Assembly (NCBI RefSeq): GCF_020745735.1
Contig: NC_083409.1
Coordinates: forward strand, 17,442,341-17,506,340
Source of the DNA: Hemiscyllium ocellatum
Taxonomy: Eukaryota
DNA length: 64,000 nt
Direction of reading: 5' to 3'
Shown piece after piece: positions 1-9,893 of the stretch. The translations under genes were made by a program, and so were the position numbers. The notes below the pieces were generated by a model. The model did no database searches. It had not been told where the DNA came from and saw nothing but the letters and a program-made list of their open reading frames with translations. The first letter of the stretch is position 1; every line of letters begins with the position of its first letter.

Positions 1-300
1 TCTTTGTATTCTCTGAGCAATCTCACTCTGTCCCTCTGTTGATCTCCCTCCTCCAGTGCAAAAATACAGTGTCTGAATTCTCTAATATCTCTGAATTTGT
101 TCACCTCGTAGGAGGAAAGTTCACTTTGGAAATTGTCCAATTGCCTTTGGATCTCATGCTTTTCTCATCCCCTCCTCCATTATACTCACTACTTGACACA
201 CCCTGTACACGACTGAATGGTTCCTCAAAAACTGGGAGAGGAATTAAGGATGCTGGTTCAATCACATGTTGAGGTTTACCTATAACTTGACAAGTGTTTT
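1..300 (-). mobile_element. Gypsy (Gmr1-like) LTR retrotransposon remnant, integrase Zn-finger/linker part, then internally deleted pol
   Basis: Minus strand reads TCQVIGKPQHVIEPASLIPLPVFEEPFSRV, the integrase CxxC plus linker. It continues the integrase interrupted at ~1656. Confidence 0.7.
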
Positions 301-1166
301 TTTAAAAAATTATTCATTTTGTGTAATGTGAGCATCACTGGTTGGCCAGGATTTGTTGCTTATCCCCAGTTTCCCAAGACCAGCATTTTGTTGCTCATCC
401 CTAATTTCAACTCTTTTGTCCATGTTTGAACCAATCTGTAATGAAGCCAGGAGCTGAGTGACCCTGGTGGAACCCAAAACTGGGCATCACTGAGCAGGTT
501 ATTGCTGAGCAGGTGCTGATTGATAGCACTGTTGATGACATTCCATCACTTTCCCGATTATCGAGAGGAGACTGGTGGGGCGGTAATTGGCTGGCTTGGA
601 TTTGACCTGCTTTTTATGTACAGGACATAGTTGGGTAATTTTCCACATTGTTGGGCAGATGCTAGTGTTATAGCTTTCCTGGAACAGCTTGGCTAGGGAT
701 GTGACAAGTTCTGGAGCACAAGTCTTCAGTATTATTACCAGAATGTTGTTAGGGTCCAAAGCCTTTGCAGTACCCAGTGCCTCCACCCATTTCTTGATAA
801 CACGTGGAGTGAATCAAATTGACTGAAGATGGTTATCTTAATGCTGAGGACCACTGGCGGAGGCCAAGATGGATCATCCACTCAGAACTTCTGGCTGAGG
901 ATTTCTGCAAAAGCTTCAGCCTTATCTTTTGCCCTGATGTGTTGGACTCTTCCATCATTGAGGGTGGGGATATTTGTGGAGCCCGCTCATCCAGTGAGAT
1001 GTTTAATCGTCTACCAGCACTCATGACTGGATGTGACAGGGCTGCAGAGCTTAGACCTGATCCATTGGTTGTGTGTTGTCTAATACTGTCTGTCAATTGC
1101 TGCTTGTGCTGCTTGCCATGCAAGTAGTCCTGTTTGGTGGTTTCACCTGGTAAATACCTCATCTTG

Positions 1167-1302
1167 GTAAAAACAATGACTGCAGATGCTGGAAACCAGA
1201 GTCTAGATTAGAGTGGTGCTGGAAAAGCACAGCAGTTCAGGCAGCATTCGAGGAGCAGTAAAATCGACCTTTCGGGCAAAAACCCTTCATCAGGAATGCA
1301 GG
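1167..1302 (-). mobile_element. 136-bp Penelope-like terminal-repeat mini-element with hammerhead motif
   Basis: Flanked by a 14-bp TSD AATACCTCATCTTG (1153-1166, 1303-1316). Same family as 8467-8604 and 34825-35029. Confidence 0.75.
1263..1297 (-). ncRNA. Minimal type I hammerhead ribozyme motif (helix III variant G at 15.2)
   Basis: Minus strand AUUC-CUGAUGA-A-GGGU(UUUU)GCCC-GAAA-G-GUC-GAU. Confidence 0.55.
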
Positions 1303-1655
1303 AATACCTCATCTTGATGAATGACTGGTGCTGCTCCTGGTACGCCCTCCTGAATTCTCCATTGAACCAGTGTTGATTCCCTGGTTTGATGATAATGGTC
1401 GTGTCGGGGCTGGAGCACAATTCTGCTGCTGTTGATGGCCCACAGTACTTCATGGATGCCCAGTCATGAGTTGTGAGGTTGGTTGTAAGTCTGTCCCAGT
1501 TAGTCTCGTGAAAGTGCCACACAACACGATGGAGGCTATTCTCAATGAAGGCGGGTGTTGGTCTTCACAAGGACTGTGCGGTGGTCACCCTTACTGGTAC
1601 TTTCGTGGACAGAAGCATCTGCAGCTGGCAGATTGGTAAAAATGAGTTCAAGTAT

Positions 1656-3462
1656 GTTACATTTATAAAACTGTGCCACATCTTTATATAATTTTGGCTC
1701 AATAAAACACCTGATTCTGGATGCCTGTGGACAATTGGACAATTTCCAAATCCCCACGGTCCTGTCATGGAAATCTGATGTGCTCCTCACAATATCTCCC
1801 TGTGATAGCTGGATGGTACCACGAGCCAATATCTAACCAACCATTCTTCATCTGGGGGTCCATGGAGGGACGGTGGGGGGGGGGCGGTCTCCACTTCCTC
1901 ATCAGTACTCCATTCTGAAGATAATAGCATTCTGAAACCTCTCCAGCCTCGACCTCAGTATAAACTGACAGTGCTCATTTATTTCATTCGAGATCTGCTT
2001 TTTGGATCTGCTGTAATTAGGGACATCATACCAACCACTCCACCTGGATTATCTTCACCCTTTGGAAAGTTTCAGCGATCCTTTCACTTGCTGTGATGTC
2101 ACATCAACCCTTATTGATGGATTTTGTTTAACCATTGCTCTGGTTACCTCACACGAAGGAGAGAGACCAGGAACCTGTTCCTGTCATTGTTCTGTTTCTT
2201 GGCCCTCCTTTGGACATTCTGCAATCATTGGGGAAGATACTGCCTTTAATCCTGACAAAATATTCCCCAGAAGAAAATCAACTCCCTCAACAGGGAATAT
2301 TTTCCCCACTCCGACAATTACTTCTCCTGATAACAAATCACATTCCAGTTGTACATTTTGATGAACACCTTAGAATCCATTGAGCTCTCTGGAGGGAAAA
2401 TCGATTCTTTCTCCAGTAAAAGTGATTGTATTGCCCCTGTATCTCTCAGTTTGATTCTGGGTTTAGCTGAAGAAAAAGGAGTCACCATTCCTTTTGATAA
2501 AAATCCTGTCCACCTCTCATCTATTTTACAACTTCCTTTACTGATGACAGAATTCACCTCCAGCCTTTTTGTTATAGTTACAGCTACAACCTGCTCCGTG
2601 GGATTATCTGTTTGCATTCCCTCCTCTGACTCATTTTTACTAACTCCCATAAATCTCCTGGGTCTTACCTCACAGCTTCCAACATTCCATACACACATGG
2701 CCCACCTTATTCCAAGAGAATCGTTTCAACTTCTGATCATCGCTTCCAGCCTCAGCAATTTCTTTCTTAATCTGAAGAGTAGTTCTCGGGCAGGTCCCTC
2801 CTGTCCATTCTCTCCCCTGTCTACCTGCCTTCCACACACACTCCCAATTTTTATTTTTCTCCCATTTCTGGGCCTGATGGGAATAAGGTTTCTGGATCGG
2901 TCTCCCATCAGGTGACTTCTCCACCTCCTGATGCTGCTTGGCTTGTTGTGCTCTTCCAGCCTCCTGTTTGTCGACTTTGGATTCCAGCATCTGCAAGGTT
3001 TTGGCTTTAATGAAGACTATAATCATTAGCCATTCTAGCTGCTTGTCATGCTGTTCTTCCCCTTCAGGCTTTTACATGAATTCTGATTCTAGAAGGGAAG
3101 AAAGTTTTAAATCCTTCTCAGAGAATAATTTCTCCGACAGCATTGTAAGTATTCTCAGCTGTTAATGCTCTATCCACCTGTCAACATTATTTTGCTGAAT
3201 TCTCTCAAACTCAGTAGAAGTTTGTGGAGGCTGTTTCTGTAAGTTCTGAAACATCTGTCTGTATGTTTCTGGGATCAATGCATATGTGCTTTTCACCTTT
3301 TCACTTCCTTGTGATCCTGAGAATGTTCCTCTGGCAGGGGTATAGAAACTTCTTGTGCTTCCCAAGTTCATTTTGCATGGGCAAACTCCATAGTTTTTCC
3401 TCGCCTCACTTGTTTAAATATCTTCTCAAAAGGCATGAAAAATGTCTCCACCTCCTTCTCTT
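1656..3462 (-). mobile_element. Gypsy (Gmr1-like) internal remnant: gag, degenerate zinc knuckle, aspartic protease, integrase N-terminus
   Basis: EKVKSTYALIPETYRQMFQNL (gag), NKVGHVCMECWKL (decayed CCHC), KLRDTGAIQSLLL (protease DTG), PKLYKDVAQFYKC (integrase Zn finger) directly after protease. Confidence 0.8.
2870..3010 (+). mobile_element. Penelope-like terminal-repeat fragment inserted in the Gypsy gag
   Basis: GACTTCTCCACCTCCTGATGCTGC...GGATTCCAGCATCTGCA tail. The hammerhead region is rearranged into an inverted repeat CCTGATGGGA (2873-2882)/TCCCATCAGG (2903-2912). Confidence 0.55.
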
Positions 3463-5055
3463 CATAGTCATAGAGTCATAAAGCAAACAAACAGGCCTTT
3501 CTGCCCACCATGTTAGTGCTGATCAGTAAACACCAAACTGCACTAATCCCATTTACCTGCACTTGGTCCATAGCATTCCATGCCCTGGCATTTTATGTGC
3601 TCATCTGGATGTGTCTTAAATGTTGTGCGAGGAGCTGCCTCCATCACTTTCTCAAGCAGCACATTCCATATTTCTACAACCCTCTCGGGTAAAAAAAATC
3701 CTCAATTCCCTCTCAACCACCTTTTCATCACATTAAGCTTATTTCCTCCGGTCATAGACATGTCTGCCATGGGGAAAAGATGATCACAATTGACTTTGTT
3801 TATGTCTCTCAGAATCAGATTCACCAACCCCTTCCACCACGCCCCCACCCCCACCCCCCCCCCCATGCTTCCTCTGCTCCACAGGAAACAAACTCAGTTG
3901 ATCAAGTCTCTCTCCTCATAACTAACACTTTCCATCCCAAGCAACATCCTGGTGAATCTACTCTCCACCCTCTCCAGTCCAATCATGTTTGTCCAACAGT
4001 GATATGTACACAGTGTTCCAGATATGGCCTAACCAATGCTCTGTAAATTAACAATGAGACTTCCTTACTCCGATATTCTGCACACCGGCTAATGATGGCA
4101 AGCATCCCATATGCCTTCTTCACCACCCTGTCTAGCTGTGCTGATACCTTCTGGAATCGCTGAACTTGTACACCAAGGTCCCTTTGTTCCTCACTACTCC
4201 CAAGGAACATGAGTACATAAGAGCTAGGAGCAGGAGTTGGCCGTCTGGCTCTTCGAGCCTGCTCCACTATGCAATAAGATCATGGCTGATCTTTTCCTGG
4301 ACTCAACTCCACATACCTGCACTCTCATCTTATCTCTTAATTCCTTTATTTTTCAAAAAAAAATCTGAGCTCTAAAAATATTTACTAAAGAAACATCAAC
4401 TACTTCATAGGACAAGAAATTTCATAGATTTTGACCCTCAGGGTGAAGAAGTTCCTTCTCAATTCAATCCTAAATCTGCTCCCCTTAATTTTGAGGCGAT
4501 GCCCTCTTGTCCAAGTTTCACCTGCTAGTGGAAATATTCTCTCTACTTCAGTCTTATCTATTCTCTTCATAATGTTATATGTTCCTATAAGATCCCCCCT
4601 CATTCTTCTAAGTTCCAATGAATATATGCCAGTCTACTCAGTCTCTCCTCATAAGCCAACACCCTCAACTCTGGAATTAACCTTCTCTGCACCCCTTCTA
4701 GTGCCAGTACATCCTTTCTCAAGTAAGGAGACCAAAACTGCACAAAGTACTCCAGGTGTGGCCTCACCAGCACCTGTACAGCTGCAACATAACCTCTCTG
4801 CTTTTTAAACTCAATCCCTTTAGCAATGAAGGACAAAATTCCATTTGCCTTCCTAATTGCTTGTTGTACCTGTAGACCAACCCTCTGTGATTCATGCATA
4901 AGGACACTCAAGGCACATGCCTTTCATTGTGTATATCCTTCCCTTATTAGACCTCCCAAACTGGATCACCTTACACTTGTCAGGATTAAATTCTATCTGC
5001 CATTGTTCTGCTCAATTACCAGCTGATCAATATCAGACTGTAGCCTGAGACCCAG
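3463..5055 (-). mobile_element. Two adjacent CR1 3'-end fragments
   Basis: ORF2 C-terminal motifs (RPYLEHCV, RMRGDLIGTYNIMK, LRRNFFTLRV) and two different CR1 tails at ~3463 and ~4205. Confidence 0.8.
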
Positions 5056-5820
5056 TAATCCAGATGGCAGCAGAGTAGGACTCTTCAGACCAAGTTCATC
5101 TGCTCCGTCTGTTTCCTTTTCTGCTTTTTCTTCCACTGGTTTTTATTTTCTTTTGTGTTTTTCTTTTGTCGTTCTCCCTTCTTTTCTCTCCCAGCCACGG
5201 ACTTCCAGCCTCACTCGCCAGGCCTCTGACCAGTGCAGCCCCAGTGTTGCGGCCTCTTGACTTGGTGTGGCAGAGTCCTAACCTGGCAGAGAGACCTCCC
5301 AGCTCGGTGAGGCAGACTCTCGGTCTGACGTGTTGGGCTCTCAGTTTAATGTGGAGGCCTCTCGGCTCAGAATGCTCGACTGTCACTCCAGCGTGACGAA
5401 CTCTCGGCCTAGCATGGCGATCTCTCAATGGACCAACGTGGTTGTCTCTCGGCCCACAGTGTGGTCTTTTGCTGTATATAGTGGTCTTTCAGCCCAGCAC
5501 AGCCTCAGCTTGCCTTCCGGTCTCGAAGTGAATGATTCAAAGTATGATCCCACGGTAGCTAAGCACTTAAGAAAGACTGTAATGATTGAACTTCCAGATT
5601 TATTTCTTTATTTTCTTCTTAAAACTAAAAAGGTCAAAAAGTCTGTAACGTGTAACTTTTAAATTTATTCTTTCTTTATACCTTGTTCTTAAGATTCTGT
5701 ATCTCGGTCCTTGTACCTAAGATGGCTCCTTCCAAGGTGACATCACATACTTTTCACTGTACTCCAATACTTTTGTACTTGAGTCCATGTAACAATAAAA
5801 TAAAATAAAATCAATATCAA
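5056..5820 (+). mobile_element. Unclassified ~760-bp non-coding retroposon with (AATAA)n-like tail, inserted in a CR1
   Basis: GC-rich body without coding signature. Ends CACTGTAC...GTAACAATAAAATAAAATAAAATC. CR1 RT sequence resumes on both sides. Confidence 0.45.
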
Positions 5821-6245
5821 TAACACCACCAATTTATGTGGCATCTGAAAACTTTCTAATTATACAATCACAGTCAATTCATTAAGGTACATTACAAACA
5901 GAAAGGGTCGCAGCCCCAATTCCTGTCATACACCACTGGTCACAGGCTTCCAATTACTAAGACAACCCTTCACCAACTTGTCAACTTGCCTTGGATCCCA
6001 TGGGCTCTGACCATCTGGACCAGCCTTCCATGTGGGGCCTTTGTCAAACAAATCAATACTGGCATCCCTACCTCTCCAAGTATTGCTTAATCCTGTACTT
6101 CAGGATTTTTTCTAATAATTTCCCTCACACTGACATCAGACTAACTGGTCTGGAATTGCCTGGCCTATCCCTGCTGCCCTTCTTGAACAAAGGAACCACA
6201 TTGACAATCCTCCAGTCTGGCACTTCACCTGTGGCCAGCGAAGTA
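5821..6245 (-). mobile_element. CR1 RT fragment
   Basis: Reverse complement encodes KFSDATxxGG (FADDT-like) and upstream RT sequence. Confidence 0.65.
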
Positions 6246-7244
6246 TTCATCAAGGAAAAGGCAATTAAACTTTCAAGACAATGAAATGAAAACTACAGTT
6301 AAGTTAAACCTAAAGACACGTTAGAGAAATGAACGCCTTCTCACTGTTATTTCAATACAATAAAGCTATAATGTTTGAATAGAAAGGATTTTATTTTGCC
6401 TTGTTTTGAAATCTTTTGCAATTGTGTTTTCTGTCAGTATGTTTTATTTTATCATCATTTCTTTTGTACACTGAGGTCTTATTATTCAATCTAAATCATC
6501 AGCATTGCGTACTTATGCTCTACAGATGCTGCAGACCAACTGCATTTCTTCAGCAGTTTGTTTGTGTTTCAGTCTGAGATCTGTGTTGTCCAATAATACC
6601 AGCAGTTGGGATGGGAATAGTTGGCTAGCATCATGATTGTCACTCTAATTAGAAATTGACACTTCGTATTTGATGAATCCAACAAACCCTTACACTGTTT
6701 TCACATCTGTCAGTCACCACATCACTGCCACCGCTCTTACCTTTCCAGAATCCAGGCAAATCCTTTTGCTCTCAGTATGTGACTGATGTACTTAATTTGG
6801 GCATCTTTAATTGCAAACTTTCTTGTTCAGCCTAATGACTCTTTCTTTCTTGTTCAGCTCCTGACAAGCTACACCCAGCAGGCCACTAGATGATGATTGT
6901 GGTCAGCAATGCTTTGTATCTAGAATAGCCCACTTTCTCCCCATATCCTTCTCACTCACACTCTCAACTGATTACCCAGGCATCGCGGCAGGTCACTGTG
7001 TTTGAGGAGAAATTGACTCGAAATTGAATCAACTGTTGGTATTTCATGTGGCCATTCAATTGGAAAACAAGTATATTTACACTGAAGTTAATAAATTATA
7101 AATGTATAATAATTGGACAGAATGATATATTAAACTTTGCAGCATTTGAGGGATATAACTTTTGCCGGTTTGTCAAGAATGCCGGTTCATAAGGTACAGG
7201 TTACAACAACATTTGCTGCGTATCTTTTATAATGGACTCCCGTA

Positions 7245-8345
7245 TTTCTCCCACTCCTGATGCCAAGCTAACTGGTCGACAAAAAACACTGTGTTCTATC
7301 TGTCTTCCTTCTTAAAATAGTGGGGTTATGTTAGCCACTTTCCAATCCATAGGAACTGCTCCTGAGTCTAGATTTCTGAAAGATGACGACGAGTGCATCT
7401 ATTCTTTCTAATACCACTTTCCTAAGTATTCTGGGGCGAGGGGATCAGGCTGCCAAAGATATTTTATGGCCCCTCTTTGTCCTCCTATTTTTTAAGTACC
7501 TCCCCACACTTTCGCTTCTCTTGAAGGGCCTCCCCTCTTTTTGATGCTCTGTACTTGGTATGTGCTTATTCCTTTTTCTTTCACAAACTATCCATGTCCT
7601 TTGACATCCAGGATCCCAGGAGCTGCTGTCCTTGCCTTTCTTTCTGAGCTGGCGCTGAACTACATTAAAAAGATCCCCATTTTCCAAATGTAGACTGACC
7701 TCCAAGTAACTGATCCCAGTCTATATTTGCCAGATCCTGTCTAATGAAATTGAAATTGGCCTTGCCTCACTTTAGACATTTAACTTCTGCACTACCCTTA
7801 TTCCTTTCCATAATAGTTAGGAAACGTACGGAGTTATGTTCCCTATCTCCAAAATGCTCACCCATTGACTCTTCAACAATTTGACATTACTCGGATTGAG
7901 CTCAGCACTGCCCATGTCTAGTGGGACTATCTACGTACTGGCACCAAAAGCTCTCCTGGATGGACTTTAAAAATTCCATTCACATGAAGTCAAACATAAA
8001 GTTTATGTTAGAGAAGTTGAAATTCCTTGCTAATATAGCCCTATTCCTCTCAAGCCTCTCATTGCTTTGCCGACATATCTGCTCCTCTCTCTCCATCTGA
8101 CTATTGGGGAGGCTGTAGTATAATCCCAGCAAAGTGATTGTCCTTTTGTCTAGCTCTACCCAGACGGCGTCATTTGAAGACCCTTCCAAGAAATGCTCCT
8201 TCAGTAGCAATACTGCAGTCATGGTTTCTTTTATCAATAATGCAACACACCCACCTCTCTTGCGCCCTGTCTATCCCACCTCAGACTTGTCTACCCTGGA
8301 ATGTTGAGTGGCCAGTCCTATCTTTGTTCAATCATGTCTCAGCAA
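7245..8345 (-). mobile_element. CR1 ORF2 endonuclease-region fragment
   Basis: AVWVEL...LLGLYYSLPNS...ILARNFNFSNI (APE motifs YRPP/GDFN, decayed). Confidence 0.75.
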
Positions 8346-8466
8346 TTGCAACAATATGATATTCCAAAAAGACAATGCAACAGCATATGAAATAGCATAA
8401 GAGGTATGGTTAGTAAGTTTGCAGATGACACCAAAATTGGAGGTGGAGTGGACAGCAAAGAAGGTT

Positions 8467-8604
8467 CGGAGAAAGTGAGGACTGAAGTTGCTGGAGATCA
8501 GAGCTAAAAATGTGTTGCTGGAAAAGCGCAGCAGGTCAGGCAGCATCAAAGGAGCAGGAGAATCGACGTTTCGGGCATAAGCCCTTCTTCAGGGATTTCT
8601 TTTA
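8467..8604 (-). mobile_element. 138-bp Penelope-like mini-element with hammerhead motif
   Basis: 13-bp TSD AGCAAAGAAGGTT (8454-8466, 8605-8617) interrupting the CR1 RT. Confidence 0.8.
8561..8597 (-). ncRNA. Minimal type I hammerhead ribozyme motif, intact catalytic core
   Basis: Minus strand AAUCC-CUGAAGA-A-GGGC(UUAU)GCCC-GAAAC-GUC-GAUU. Helix III is reduced to the palindrome ACGU. Confidence 0.65.
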
Positions 8605-9659
8605 AGCAAAGAAGGTTACCTCAGATTACAACGGGATCTTGATCAGATGGGCCAATGGGCTGAGAAGTGGCAGATGGAGTTTAATTCAGATAAATGCGAG
8701 GTGATACATTTTGGGAAAGCAAACCTTAGCAGGACTTATACACTTAATGATAAGGTCCTAGAGAGTGTTGCTGAACAAAGAGACCTTAGAGTGCAGGTTC
8801 ATAGCTCCTTGAAAGTGGAGTCACAGGTAGATAGGATAGTGAAGAAAGTGTTTGCTATGCTTTCCTTTATTGGTCAGAGTATCGAATAGAGGAGTTAGGA
8901 GGTCATGTTGTGGCTGTATACGACATTGGTGAGGCCACTGTTGAAATATTCTGGTCTCCTTCCTATCGAAAAGATGTTGTGAAACTTGAAAGTGTTCAAA
9001 AAAGATTTATTAGGATGTTGCCAGGGTTGGAGGATTTGAGCTAAAGTGAGAGGCTGAACAGGCTGGGGCTGTTTTCCCTGGAGCGGCAGAGGCTGAGGGT
9101 GACCTTATAGAGGTTTACAAAATTATGAGGAGCATGGATAGGATAAATAGTCAAAGTCTTTTCCCTGGGGTTGGGCAGTCCAGAACTAGAGGGCATAGGT
9201 TTAGGGTGAGAGGGGAATGATATAAAAGAGACGCAAGGGGCAACTTTTTCACGCAGAGGGTGGTACGTGTATGGAATGAGCTGCCAGAGGAAGTGGTGGA
9301 GGCTGGTACAATTGCAACATTTAAAAGGCATTTGGATGCACACATGAATAAAAATGGTTTGGGGGGATGTGGGCCGGGTGCTGGCAGGTGGGACTAGATT
9401 GGGTTGGGACATCTGGTTGGCATGGACAGGTTGGACCAAAGGGTTTGTTTCCACGTTGTACATCTCTATGTCTCGCTGACTCTGTATTCCCAAGTGCCGT
9501 TCAATGCTCTCAGTTCAACCGCATTACTGGTCAAGCTCCTTACATTGAAATATTTACAATTCAGCTTTCTGATCCTCCTGTATCCTGGATCGTGTCCTAG
9601 TGGTCACTCAGTGGTTTTCTGCGTTGCCCTTACTTTCCCATGAAGGGAAACATTGAGCA

Positions 9660-9893
9660 TTAACTTTAGGGAATGTTAGACCAATTAGTCAGACATCAGC
9701 AGTGGAGAAAAAGCTCGAATTCATTATAAAATATTTTATAGCTTCGCACTGAGAAAACAGTGACAGAATTGGGCAGAGTCAGCATGGATTGTCAAAAGAA
9801 AAATCATGCTTAACAAATCGACTGGACTTGTTTGAGGATGTAGTGAATGGATTTGACAAGGGGGAGCCAGCGGATGTGGTTTATTTGGACTTT
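9660..9893 (+). mobile_element. Older CR1 RT fragment
   Basis: KSCLTNRLDLFEDV...DVVYLDF, abruptly joined to ORF1 of the next element. Confidence 0.7.

Larger units (their letters stand above)
301..1655 (-). mobile_element. 5'-truncated LINE of the CR1/L2 superclade (end of APE domain, RT N-terminal part, 3' tail), degraded
   Basis: Fragments NILELIFTNLPAADASVHESTSKGDHRTVLV (APE end) and LCPVHKKQVKSKPANYRPTSLLSIIGKVME (RT start). A-rich tail at ~296-310. Confidence 0.8.
8385..9475 (+). mobile_element. CR1 3' half (RT C-terminus to tail)
   Basis: SKFADDTKIGG, WAEKWQMEFNSDKCEVIHFG; tail ...CATCTCTATG at ~9461. Confidence 0.9.
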
